Assembly (NCBI GenBank): GCA_028534125.1
Contig: CM052817.1
Coordinates: forward strand, 72,232,001-72,296,000
DNA from: Lama glama
Taxonomy: Eukaryota
DNA length: 64,000 bases
Reading direction: 5' to 3'
Under the pieces are notes generated by a model. That model was not told where the DNA came from. It saw only the letters and a list, made by a program, of their open reading frames with translations, and ran no database searches. Of the stretch, positions 23,444 through 36,318 are shown piece after piece (the stretch's first letter is position 1; each line of letters opens with the position of its first letter). A program made the position numbers and the translations under genes.

Positions 23444-25019
23444 GCTGCCCACTTTTGAGGTTATTTTCTCAACTTGGCTTTGAAAATATGTCTGATTATT
23501 TGGCTTGTTATGGTCATCCAGTTGCTGGATGGTTGCTTCTTGCAATCAATTTATTTTCTCTAGCTCCAGTCCAGAAGCATTTTTTTTATATATATAAGAA
23601 ATAAGAGTTCTCTGCTGAGAGCTTGCCACTCCTCTTGCATTTTGCAGTCTATGTCCTAGCACACAGTTTGGTACTGAATATAGCTTAAATGTGATATCAA
23701 TCAGACTCCTGAACAGGACAAAATGAGTCTCTTTATCTACTTGTTTCCACAGGCTTCTTTTGTCCCCATACCTATTGCTAAGTCTAAACTTGTGAGGGGG
23801 TTCTCACATTGTCTCACACATAAGACAACCATACAAACATTTCTAGAAAATATTCCAGAGTTAAGGACACTCATCATGATTGCTTCGAGATCACCTTTTG
23901 TGAATTCCTAACTGGAGTAGGACATTCCTTATAATCCAGCTGCGTGTCTAGTCTTTTAGACTAAAAATTAAAAATACCAGGTAGTCGAATATACTCATTG
24001 AAGGACCCTAAGAAAATGTCATGATTACTGAGTTCCGTCTGTCACATTGAATTCTGCCAACAACGGCAACATCACTGAAGCATCAGGAAGGAAGCAAGAC
24101 TAATTATCAAAATGAATTCTCAATCAGATGGGTATATTCATTTTTGTTTTCAAGGAAATTTACAGTAAGGAAGATTGATTAAAAGAGAGATTTTATAATT
24201 CCAAGGACGTGTTTATCATATACTGCAAATATTACAGCAGAAGGGATTGACATCATGATAGGTTTGCCTCAAATCCATTATGTTTCAGTTAATAGACACC
24301 AATCATGATAGAAATTTGAAACCCTAAAGTAGTATATTAAGTTGTTCACTTGATTTGTAACTGGAATTCACTGTTCTGAATTTGTAATGATAGTTATTAT
24401 TTTATTTCCAGCATTGATGAGGCTCCCAGAATAGCTGAAATAATTCTGAGAGAAGCACAAACCGAATAATAATAGTAATGTGAACAGATGTCAGCCTTTC
24501 TTTTGCACTACTAAATCCTTAAAGTAATAATTTATTTAATCATTTCACTTCTAGTCTGGCTGACACACATTTATATTCAAGTTATGATGAGTTGTAGACT
24601 GCTCTGGCAATTTGTATGAGGAGGGTCTTGGTGACAAGAATATGTAAGAAGAAATTCTTATCTGCCAGTCCAATTCATGCCACATTAGAAATGTGAAAGA
24701 ATTGACAACATGTAAATGTTTCATTGATAGTATATAAGGATAAGTAGTGAATTTTTTACTCAAATATTTAAAGTATATGTGCCTGTAATTAGATATCAGT
24801 ATTAGCAAAGGCTTGGAATGTTTGCATGTTTACAGTTCCTAGAATAAAAGATAAATGCAAATCTAGTTGTATAATCAATGGATTGTCTTGTTTTCATTTC
24901 TGGATAAAATATAGTTGGTGAAAAAGTGTCAGCTGCTCTTGGTAGAATAGTTTGACTTCCATTTGAAAGCATGAATTTCTTCCTTAGTATTTCTTTTACT
25001 TTGAACTTTTAAACAATAT

Positions 25020-25530
25020 ATACTAACGATCTTTCCATCTCAATGTTTATAAAGTGACATTTTAAAAATAAGGGCAAAGTATTCCGCTGTACAGATGCAC
25101 AACCATATATTTTAACCAGGTTCCTGTATTAACACCACTTAGGTCGTTTCCAATTTTTAGCCATAAGAAGTAATGCTTTAATGAATAACTGATACATATA
25201 TTGTTTTCTCATGTGCAAGTATTTTCTCTCAAAATATTTCTAGAAGTGAGATAGTTGAATCAAAGAGTAAGTGCAATTGTTATAAATATTTCCCAATTGA
25301 TCTCCTGAGATTCCCCCCCCCCATTTCACACTCCTTCCAGAAGTGTATGAGCCATGTATGAAAGTCTCACCAAGAATGTCTGTCTAACTTTTAGACTTTC
25401 ATCAATCTGATAAGTGAAAATGGTATCTTAATGTTGTATAGTTTTCAATCTGAATTTCTCTTATGAGTCATGAGGTTAAACCCCCTTTCATATGTTTGAG
25501 AGGAATTTGTATTTCTTTTTCAATATCAAT
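25020..25530 (-). mobile_element. Old L1ME fragment
   Basis: cacttaggtcgtttccaatttttagcc..tttctagaagtgag..aagtgaaaatggtatctt, typical antisense L1ME. Confidence 0.7.
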
Positions 25531-26099
25531 CCTCTTTCTTTCTTGCCACACTTGTCACATTTTAAATGTATCCTTTTGAAATTTTCTAATTACAAAGTCT
25601 ATGGCCAATTTTCTAGTTGTCCATTTAGACCCTCCACTTTTAAAAGACTGAGTTTCATGCTGATTTTGACAATGCCTCTCCATGCTGGCAACATGTCTTA
25701 GGGGACCTTCTGTACCGCTTCCCCTCGCAATACTCTCCCCATAAGCTCTCGATCATCTCCTCTGCTCTGCTCTGTGATGCCCTGAGCACAGGTGAGAGAA
25801 CAGAAGTAAGATTAGAACTAGGGGAGGTGGGAGTGGGGCTTGCTCAGGAACATTTCTGATCTATGAAAGAAAGACTTACTAATCTTATCAGTAGACTAAT
25901 ATGAATGTCTCTTTGGAGTCTCAAAATAAATTATTTAATTGAAAGTGATCTGTCTGAATCATAGGATCAAACACAAAAGCTAGAAAAGTCTGAGTCCCGT
26001 TCACAATGATTTTGAAGCTTAGTTTTGCTTAGTTATAATAACACATTTAAAACGATGATATTATTTGATTCCTATTCAAATAATTTAGCACCCCATTCA

Positions 26100-26340
26100 T
26101 GTCTAATGGTAAATATCTAGGTTCGAATTTCAGCTTTACTCTTTCCTTGTAGGGATCTTGGGCTTCTTACTGAAATTATGTCAGCCTTAGTGTTCACAAG
26201 CAGTAAAATGGGACTATTAAAAGTCATAGTCACATAAGATTGTTGATTATTAAATTAAATAATGTATGTAAATTGCTTAGGATAATGCCTGCCATATGCT
26301 AAGCAAGTACTGGGTAATAAATGATAAACAGTATCAGTAG
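26100..26340 (+). mobile_element. MIR SINE
   Basis: ctaggttcgaatttcagctttact..gtaaaatgggactatt..attaaataatgtatgtaaattgcttag..tgcctgccata. Confidence 0.7.
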
Positions 26341-27825
26341 TAACTAAATAATAGATCACATAGTTGATTAATGATATTAATCAGTGAACAGTGTTAAACA
26401 CTTGTAAAAAAGTGAGATTTAGAAGCTTACCATATTTTTAACATTCAGTATTCAGGTTGTTAAATCAAAGTTAATAATTAATTAAATTGTGTGATACTGG
26501 AAAGTTGAATCAAAATTAGCAGCTAACTCATTCTCATTATTGAAAGAATGGTACTAGATCTTCAAGAATTCAATTAATGAATCATATAACATAAGTTTTT
26601 TTCCAATTTTAATACATATTTAAGAAATGTTATTTCCTTGAAAAAATATTCATGGCATCACTTGATGACTTTTAAAGTTTCATTCATTTAAAAATTAGAA
26701 ATGTAACAAATTTTTGTCCCTGATTCATAAAAATACTTTTTATATCACAGCCAATTACATACATATATGCGTATAGATTCACACACACAGACATAGCAGA
26801 AAGAAAGATTTCATGAAACAAAATGTAGCTTTTCTGTGCGCATTATGCTCTGATCTATTCTCTTCACTTTCAACCCATTTTATTTCATGTTTTCATGAAA
26901 CTGGTTTCATGACCAACGATGGTCATGAAGACCATGCTAACTAAAAGGATTTCACAAACTAGTAATGGTTTAAGACCTGCTGTTTGAAAAATACAGCTTT
27001 AATGTACATCCAAGAGTATGTTAATAGTTATAATAATAAATAAGTTCTATTTTAAATTAAATTTGAAAAACTCTGCCTTTAATAAAGTTAAGTAGGTTTC
27101 TCCAGTGACTTTTCAGAGTTAATACCCCAGTTATTACTTTCCAAGAATAGAGCTGACACAAAATGCAGCATTTTCTAATTGGATGTGAGGCTGTGGCACG
27201 GAACGGACCATCTTTTACTCTTCCTGCCTTCCTTTTCTCTTGTCTTCCTGTTTTCTTTCTTCTTTTCTGACTTTTTTTACTTCCAGCAACCACCTTGATG
27301 CAGTAGTTTGAAGGAAATACATTGCACATATTTTCACAATTAAAAACGAACAAACAAAAACTCCTGTCACTTTTGGCTAGAACAGATTTCATTTTTTACG
27401 TTTTTTTATTTGCTCAAATCACATATTTCGTGTGACGTTTGAATTGGTCAAACAAAATTGCTCTAACGCTCTGAAAGCATCAACTCTTTCATCCCATTGC
27501 TTTTTCGCATCTAGCACACTTTTTTTTTTCCTTTTTCTCAGGTAAGATAGTCATAAATCATACATTCTGTGTATGCTCACATTATAAAATCACATCAAGG
27601 TTATAAATAAAAATTTGCTGTTAAAACTGTTTAGTCTGTTTAGATGCCAGCCATATTTACTGAGCCCATTTGATGGTATTCTAAAGATCAGAGAAACATA
27701 TATGTTGTTTTCAATCAATAAATAATTGCTATTTATATGTACAGCATCAGAAAATTGGGAAGTAAAAGATCAGAGATAAAACTGATTGAGTGACTGCTGT
27801 CTACCAGAGTCCTTTTCTTCACCAA

Positions 27826-28228
27826 TGTTATGTCAGTTAATTTTGCTACATAAAAAAAAAAAAAGTAAAGACTGGTGATTTAAAACAGCCACGATTCATT
27901 ATTTTCCACATTTCTGCAGGTTGGCTGGGCTTCCTGGATAGTCTTCCGTTGGTCTTGCCCACGGTCCTGCGACAGCACTCACTGGCCGCTCAGCTGTGGC
28001 TCGTGTGTCTGCGGCAGCCTCACTGCACAGCTGAGGCCTTGGTGTTGTCTCTTGGCTGTGTCTCTTTCTCCACATGGTCTCATAATTCAAGACCTCTGTC
28101 TAGAATTCCCAATTCTGCCTCGTTCTATTGCTCAAAGCAAGTCACAAGGTCAGCCCAGGTAGAAGGATTCTACCTCTAGATAAGAGGAATTAAAAACTAT
28201 TGTGGCTATGTTTTCTAACACACCACAT
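27826..28228 (-). mobile_element. MLT1 (MaLR) LTR, old subfamily
   Basis: tgtcagtta..ttgctacataa..tggtgatttaaaaca..ttctgcaggttggctgggc..ttctattgctcaaagcaagtcacaaggtcagccca. Confidence 0.75.
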
Positions 28229-28736
28229 ATGATATCTAATAAAATCCTTAAAAGAATGTTGTAATATAGGTAGAAAAATGAAGGGTTGTTTTAAAGCAGA
28301 AATCTCAAAGGAAATTGGAGCAAAAAGCACCTATTTCTGATGAGAAAGAAGCGGTACCTTATAAAGTACATAATATGGAGTAAACAATTGACCTTATTCT
28401 ATGCTAAATTTTACTCTTAATTCTGTCAGTTTTTAAAAGTTGTTTAAGAAGAGTTATGATTCATTTCTCCTTTTGTGGGAGTAGTGTGATATAGCAGAAA
28501 AATCATAAGCTTTAGAATTATAGAATCTAGATTTGTGTGCTCACTCCTCCTATGACCAGTTATGTGGCCCAAAGCTAGCATACACAATCAAATTTTCTTT
28601 AGAATAACTCAAGTAAAGACTGAATAAAATGATTTTGGAATAGAATCAGCAGCATGCGATAAATAATAATCATTTCTCTTATCTGCTCTACCACTCTGGA
28701 CTTTGTGGGTTTTAAAAACTACATTCATTCATTCAC

Positions 28737-28823
28737 TTTTTAATGGAGGTGCTGGAGATTGAACTCAGGCCCCCAAGCATGCTAAACATATGTTTTACCA
28801 CTGAGCTATTTCCCCCTTCCCTC
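28737..28823 (-). mobile_element. tRNA-derived short SINE (Vic-1 type)
   Basis: Reverse complement gagggaagggggaaatagctcagtggtaaaacatatgtttagcatgc..cctgagttcaatctccagcacctccattaaaaa. Confidence 0.85.
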
Positions 28824-29339
28824 AGACTTCATTAAGACCTGTTTAAACAAAGCAAACCAAAACTCTAGACTCCATATTACTTTCTCCCTAGACTTTTGCA
28901 CTGGCTGACTTAAAATACAACATAAGTAAAGAAGGAAATGTGACACATTTTTTTCCTTCAATTTAAAATGTGATAGTAGATAGAAGGGAAAGAGAAAGAT
29001 GTTCAACTTTTATTTTCCAAATGAGCAGAAGACACCATTAAAAAAAATCTACACGTCATAAATGATTTTTGAGTGTGTGTGTGTCTATGAGTGTTGGGAA
29101 ATGGTAATTATACTTTGAATATACATACTTTGGACAATAGAGATCTTAAATATCTTAAAAATCCAACAAAACACAATTTAGTTTGAATGATAACAACTGG
29201 CTTTTGGAGTACCTCTAGAGGAAGCCTAGGGTACCCCAAACTTCAGAATCATTGGACATGAGTTCACACCACGAGCACGCCTATTGAAAGAAATGGTGAG
29301 AAGATATTGGGACTTAAAGTTAATTTGATTTTTCTAATC

Positions 29340-29898
29340 AAAAACCAAAATGAAATATAAGATACCCAACTTTGAGGTAAAGGAAGAAGAAAGGCTTCAG
29401 GTAGACACCAAGATGCCTCTGAAGGAGAAGACAGTGAAGGCACTTGCCTGGTCTACCTTCTGAGGTGCTGATGCAGGATCTTTGTAAAGGAAGCCTTTTA
29501 TGTTTGATGGTCTTGTCTATTTCTGTCCACTGCTCTTCCTGGGTTGTGGTGGTGGCATGACTCCAGTGACTGCTGGATACCATGACTGGGACAGGACCAG
29601 TTTGGTTAACTAATTTTTGCCAGGACCATTATCGCTCAAGAAAATGAATTCAACAACCATTTGAGAGGGGGAAAAAGTCACAGAGGGGAACTAACAATGA
29701 AAGAAACACCAGCTCAAGAGACTGTCTGAAGTTATAGGAAGGCTGATGAGACACCCAGGAAGTCTTACAGAGGTCAGGCCTAGAAAGAAGGAAAAACTTT
29801 GCTCTGGTCACCTTGATTTATGATTGCCCCTACTCCCTTTCCCGACCTTGCCCCTAACATGCTCAGTCAATATGGACGGGTCAAGCCAGGATTATACT
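29340..29898 (+). mobile_element. Possible ancient LTR-type fragment
   Basis: Locally GC-richer degenerate block ending caagccaggattatac, reminiscent of old mammalian Gypsy-like LTRs. The family is not established. Confidence 0.25.
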
Positions 29899-31644
29899 TC
29901 TTTTCTGATATCTCAGAACATCTCTCATAAAATATTTTTAACTGTCCTAAATTCAAAGATGTACTAATTATTAAAAAATTACTAGTGATTCAAAAGGGAC
30001 CCTCATTCCATGTGAGGCAATGAAAGTCATCTGATATTTAAAGGCACGGAGAAGAGCTGTAGGATCTGTTAAGTAGCCACTTCCTACATCCTGACAATAG
30101 CCACAGGCACAAAACATGACAGCCTCGCCTACAGTTTTTACTCTTACAGACATATGGTTTGCATTATGTGCAGATAAATATATTGATGATCTTTTATTAA
30201 ATTTGTTTTTGCCCTTTTTTGCAGTTTCAGTCCTCTTTTGGAATATACATCTGTATGCGGTGTGTCCAGTAATATTGAGAGTCATACTTTCCAAGTTTCT
30301 TTGCCATTGCATGATGAAGCGCTCTATTTATATTAAAATGAAGGTGTTCCTAGGGGAGACATAGAACAGAATGAAACAACAAACAGAGCTTTAGAGACTG
30401 AATACGTGAAGTGACAGTGACGACAAGATGGTAGCTCTTGTTACTGAGATGCCCAGAGGGACTGCAGCAAGACTTACAGCGTGAGCCAGTGTGGCTTGGA
30501 CTGGGCGGCTCTCAGAGGTTTAAACACTCACAATACAGCCGCTAATCAAATAATTTCTCTCTTGCACATCCTGACTTGGTATGTCGTCGTAATACTACAT
30601 TGTTGGCTGAGGGTCAGGGGATTTTTTTTTTCTCCTGTTACTCAAATAAAGCATTTTATCAGAGAATTATATATCTTCAGGTAATTGAACTCATAGCAAT
30701 GTTGTAATTGCAATGATCTGTTTACTCCAGGTAATGAGAGGGTAAGTCATGAAAATCATAGTAACTTTAAAGTGATACGATATCCAGACTTGAAAAGAAA
30801 AAAAAAGAGGCAAAAAGGAATCGAAGTACTTAAGTTCTCTCCTTGAAGACCAGTTTTCACGGTTATGGAATGGAGGTGACAGGAGGAGATGAGCACAGGG
30901 TATCCTTGGAGTCACTGAGGTCCTGCAATCATGTGTCCACAGACAGAGAGCAGCCAATCAATGAAGAAAAGAAAGACGAGTTTTCTCTTTCGCTTTTCCT
31001 CTTCAGGTATATAATTTTGTGAAAGTGGCTTTACCTTTTTTGAAGCAGGTTTATTATCTATTAAATACCATATTGGATTAAGTAATCTCTAAGTTTCTTT
31101 CCAGACCTAAAACCTATTATTCTTAATAGAATTTCAGACTGAGCAAAAATTCAAAATACTGTTGATTAGAAGAGTATGATCAAAATTGACCATTGTCTGT
31201 GTGCTTTATTTAGATTATGTGGAAGTTAAGCATCATCATATAAGCAAAAACACATGCCCAAGCTAGTATCTTTGTGGTCTCAGTTGTCTATGTATTTAGA
31301 CATGCTTTCTCTCAGAATTTTGGGACTGACAGGGTTCTCCATAAATTAATACCTGAGTACAGAAGAATTGGCTTTTAACCTAGGTGTAGGTTTTTCTCTG
31401 GTCTTTTATTTTTAATAAGCGATGGAAAACCCCAACAAAACAACTGTTGGTTAAAATGTGTAGGTCCATATTTAACCATGAATATAAATAACCTGAATTC
31501 TGAGTGCTTGCCAAAAAGTAATTTCAAACTCATTGCTTCCCAGTTTCTATCAAAACATCTGCAGACAGAAACAATATATCGAAAGGATTGTTTAAGAGAT
31601 GAAATCCATCTATTTTTCCACACTTTAAAATCTACCAATGGCTT

Positions 31645-31762
31645 GAGGGAGTAGAGTGCGAGTTTAGCATGCACAAGGTCTTGGGTTCAATCCCCAGTCC
31701 CTCCATTAAAAAAAAAAATTAAAAATAAACAAATAAACCGAATCATCCCCCCCGCCCCAGAC
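31645..31762 (+). mobile_element. tRNA-derived short SINE (Vic-1 type) with perfect 13-bp TSD
   Basis: gtagagtgc..ttagcatgcacaaggtcttgggttcaatccccagtccctccattaaaa plus an A-rich then C-rich tail. TSD ctaccaatggctt at 31632-31644 and 31763-31775. Confidence 0.92.
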
Positions 31763-32849
31763 CTACCAATGGCTTTGGACAGTTGCATACCTGGATGGTA
31801 CTGTATTGACCCCCATAGAACTGCCTTTGCTGAAATGTTGTTTTAGAGTGATGCCCACAGACTATGAAACTTGTCATTGTGTCTACTCTGAAAGTGCAGT
31901 TGAGGGTATAAGCCAGTATATTACATGGTGCTGGTTTTATGAGGGCCATGGGGAGAGATTTCTGTCGGATATTAGTAACAGCAATAATTTTGCTTCTCCT
32001 AACAACTGTTCTGATTTTATCTTATATTTCTTGTAAATTGTGTAACTGATCAGGATTCTATTTTCCCACTGACTGTCAGAAAGCCTGGGCCAGATTTGCA
32101 GCCCTCCAGCAGTAAGCCTTTATGATATGAATTTTTTTAGGGGTCTCATTCCTGGCTCCATTTTATGACCCTGCCAATATTTTTCTTCCCTTTATTTCCC
32201 CTGCTTTTAATTCAAGTTATTCCTTTATTTTATGCTTTCCTTTTAATCTGATAAAAACATATCTGCAACTAGGTGAGATACATAAATATATAGATGCTTA
32301 TTTATATATTCTTTATTTTCTTCCTTGCTTTAAAATGGATTTTAAGGAGTTAAATAAAATATGCATAATAATATCTAAAATATGAGCCAGTTAACTAGTC
32401 AACAGGGTGGAAATTGAGGTACATCTACTTCAAAGTAAAGATCAGATCAGAACGATTACTCCATTGGCTCCTATAGCCTCCGAGTGAGTGACTTTCTCCC
32501 ATGCAAGAACTCTCTCAATTACACACGGCCTAATCGTTGTCTGTTTTTTCATTACATTCCTTGAGCTGTTACTGACCACCACGGAAACTCTGAAAGTCAC
32601 CTCTTACTGTTTTCTTCTGGTCTTAATAGTACATTCATATCTCTACGCTCTTCATGAACACTGTATGGTGGTAGAAACTTTCTCACCCTCTTTTGAAAGA
32701 TTTCCAACCTTTTCTATAAGCTGTCATTTATTAAGCACGTTCCACTTCTGGAAATTCTTATTCTATTTCAGAGTGATTTCTTCTTCTTAGAGTGGAAATA
32801 ATATTACCAAAGTGGCATTTTTGGAGGCAACATAGAATTTCAGTGAATC

Positions 32850-33050
32850 ACAGCACAGGGTCTGTCTCTACTCCTTTCTAGCTACATGGCTTTGTAAAAT
32901 TGATTACTTTTTCTGGGGTGAACTTCCTCATCTGTAAAAGACTTAAAGATAGTTCCTACGTATAAATTTACCGTGAGGATTAAATGAGTTAATAGATGCA
33001 AGTGCTTTGATGTAATTGTCATTAGGAAATGTTCATCAAAAGTTAAGTAT
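32850..33050 (+). mobile_element. MIR SINE
   Basis: ttcctcatctgtaaaa..gatagttcctac..gtgaggattaaatgagttaatagatgcaagtgcttt. Confidence 0.8.
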
Positions 33051-33989
33051 AACCTCTGAGACTTTTTATCAAGCAATTTTGCAATAAAGTAACATTATAA
33101 GAAGGAATTTACTTGCAATTAATGTCAGGGATGCCTGATATAAGAATAATGGCATGGAAAGACACCATGTTTAAAAACTTCATTTATGAATGCATTTATT
33201 TCATAGCAACCCATTTCTAGAAAAGGCCAGATCATAACAATCAGAGGGGGAAAAAAGTAAAAAGAGACACCTGTTTGTGCCCAAGACCTGTATCTGAATC
33301 TCAGCTTCACCATTTGATACTCACATAATTCATTAGCTGTTTAAAGTTCCATTTTTCTCATATAGAAAATAAAGATAATGTCTACATCTCAAGGATGTTC
33401 TAAGGGTAAGAAAATATCTGTCAGCAGTCAGGAGAGTGGTCCAGAGAGCAAAGGCAGGTGGGCTGCAGTTTCTGTTCAGTTCTGGGCTTTGGGATGCATG
33501 CTCTGCCTGTTCCCTCTACTCTGAGGGCAAGAAATTGTCCTTGAGAGGATCTGTTTCTGCTCTTGTGAGTGGCTCTCGGCTCCGTTCTTTTAATGTCTTT
33601 CCTTTTAAATAAGAAACCTCAGAGTTATCAGCTGAGTGGCTCTCTGACATCTTCCTATCCATGAAAAGTTGGGAGCCCAGAATGTCTTATTATTTTTATC
33701 TTTACCCCATTTGACTGAAGCTCGGGGTATTTTTTCAATGCCATTCTATTAAAATTTTGTGGATTTTCTATGGATCTGATTGGACTTCACTCCAAGTTTA
33801 AAAAGCCACATCCATAATTCTTTTTGAGACAGGACTTTCTCAACTTCGAACTCTGTGTGAGGCTCCTATGGGACGATGACTTCAAGATTCTTACCACTGA
33901 GAGGGTTTACTGGACACCACCAGAAATTTTGCAAAGGTTCAAAAAAGGGCATACAGCTACACCTGTGGGGCTCCAGGCCCCAAACCCAT

Positions 33990-34615
33990 GTGTCATCGTT
34001 CAGACCCGACTATAAGCAATTACAAAGGCTGTGCCCAGCAGGCCTCGCAGGATAAAGCTGCCCTCCCAGCCCTAGACCTGGTGCAGGGCCCGCCCAGTGC
34101 GGTCGCTGAAGGGAGTTGCAGTCAGGACTCAGGGCCCCTGGCGGCCCGTGCTCTTATACATACCTGCATTCTTAGCCCAGATACCTCCACTGGGGCCTCT
34201 TTATCAGGGGCCTTCAGCTAAGACCTTCCTCAGGTATCTCTGCTGAGACCTCCTTTTCACAGGGACAGAGGTAACAATTGTCTCTGTTCTAATTCAGTGC
34301 TTAGTACTTTCCCGTTTCCAGCATTTTCCCCTCTTCCTCCTCCTGGCCCCCAGGACCATAAAATGGCAGAAACCTTTTGCTGGAGGTCCCCTGTGCAGTG
34401 AGATGATTCCTTACATTTCCCTCAGCCACCTGACTCTCACCAGGCATCATTCCACAGGGAAAAATGGAAAATTGAGGTTGCTGGTACTTTTTCCTATTTA
34501 TTTTGTGTCTTGTTTATCTATTACACTAAGTGATTAAAGGCTGGATTGTTACTTGAATTTTGACTTGTTGTCTTAATTGTCTACTCTGACACCTGGCAGT
34601 TCGGCTCTATACACA
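33990..34615 (+). mobile_element. Probable ERV solo LTR (~620 bp)
   Basis: GC-richer block bounded by TG...CA, with a TATA-like cataaaa (~34357) and downstream attaaa (~34533) followed by a GT-rich tract. No clear TSD, and the family is not identified. Confidence 0.5.
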
Positions 34616-35083
34616 CCCCTTGATGTGGTATTTGATCCCAAGCATTCTTTTACTTTGACTGTTTTTACCACTAGGGGTATTGGGACTGACAGACTATTTT
34701 ATTTTCCAGCTCAGCAAGTCCTGGGTCCCCTATGTTTTCTCTAAATTCTCCTCGTGCACTAAATAATTCCTTCTTTACCTCTTCTCTCTCTTCTTGTACC
34801 TTATCATATTCACCTAAAGCAAACCAATAGGCACATTCAACATTCATGTCATGGCTCTTGAAATGAAGAATGAACCACAGATTTATTAGGTATATTCCCT
34901 AGCTTCCGAATTACCACAGGTGACAATTTTTTAGTCATTTTGCACTTTGACACAAGTCACCCTCTCTCCAGTCTCCAGCAATCCCTTTTCCACTTTCCTC
35001 TCTCTACAAACAGATAACTTCTCATCTTTTCAACTGCTACCCGCTGCCCTGAAGCCAAGGCCACGTATTTGGAGTACAAATTT

Positions 35084-35560
35084 CTGTATCAGTTAACTGT
35101 GGGCTGCATAATAAACCAAACCACAGTGTCTTAAATAGTAAGGGTTTAGTATTCCTATGATGCTGAGGGCTGTTAAGGGGCTTCTCGGCTGGCCTCTCCT
35201 ACACGCAGCCTTGTGACCACGTTTCGCTGCAGTCTGCTTGCAGGAAGAAGGTTCAGGATGGCCTCCCTCTTCTTCAGCAGTTGGTCCTATCACAGAAGAT
35301 GCCTCAGTTCTTCTCCACAGGGCCATTCATCCTCTACTAGGCCGGACTGACTTCCTCCCATGGCAGTGTTGGGGCATTTTCCAAGAAAAAGAAGGTAGAT
35401 GCTTCAAGATCTCTTGAGGTTTAGGCTCTGGAACTCAGTGTTATTTCTGCTGCAGCCTATCAGGAAGCACTTCACAAGGCCATCCCTCATTCAAGCTGTA
35501 GGGAAGTTAACTCCATCTCTTGTCAGGAGATGCTGCAAAGAATCTGTGGGCCTATTCAAT
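35084..35560 (-). mobile_element. MLT1 (MaLR) LTR, old subfamily
   Basis: tgtatcagtta..gctgcataataaacca..cctcagttcttctccaca..ggctctggaactc..cacaaggcca..ctccatctcttg..gctgcaaagaa. Confidence 0.75.
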
Positions 35561-35837
35561 GTAGCAGGATAACATTGTTCACTGAAATGAGAGGACTGTG
35601 TCCTAACCAAGTATGTGATGGGTCTTTAAAATCTTGCTTTCCCCGTGAGGATGGCTGCTCTACAAAGGGTTGCTGCATCTGCTCCTCCTGGTCCAGACTT
35701 TGAAATCTTACTTCCACCACCACATGTTGAACCTCGTCTTTCATCTGTTTGCCCAGGATTCCTGCCATCTTTTACATTGTCCTTCTCTGTGTAGTCATTT
35801 CTCAGGAAGATCTGAGTGTTCTGTCTGTTTCACTGAC

Positions 35838-36318
35838 AGGGGTATGACATAATTGTTTCCCCTTACAATGAAGTGTTGAAGTCCTCAACTCTGGTACCTC
35901 AGGATGGGACCTTATTTGGAAATAGTGTATTTACAGAGGCAGCCAAATTAAAAGGAGGTCTTTGTGAGCCCTAAACTAATATGACTGGTGTCCTTATTTT
36001 TTTAAAAAAGGGAAATTTGGACAAAGAGACACACAGAGGGAAGATAATGTGAAGAGACCCAGGAAGAGCACCGTGCAGAGACCAAGGATTGTGATGGTGC
36101 ATCTGTAAGCTGTGGAAAGTCATGCCAAAGCCATGCCAGGGATGCCTGTAAACCACCAGAGACAAGGAAGAACTTTCCTGCCGGTTTCAGAGGGAACATG
36201 GCCCTGCCAACACCTTGATATTGAACTCCTAGTGTCCAGAGCTATAAGACAGTTCTGTTGTTTTAAGCTACCCAGTTTGCAGGACTTTGTTACAGCAGCC
36301 CTGGCAAACCAGTATAGA
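35838..36318 (+). mobile_element. MLT1 (MaLR) LTR, MLT1A-D-like
   Basis: gttgaagtcct..ggtacctcag..gaccttatttggaaatag..tatgactggtgtcctt..ggccctgccaacaccttgat..ttgttttaagctacccagtttg..gttacagcagccctggcaaac. Confidence 0.9.

Noticed and set aside
24412..24468. Short plus-strand exon-like frame IDEAPRIAEIILREAQTE*
   Set aside because: It follows a plausible acceptor but is too short, has no partner exon and resembles nothing I recognise.
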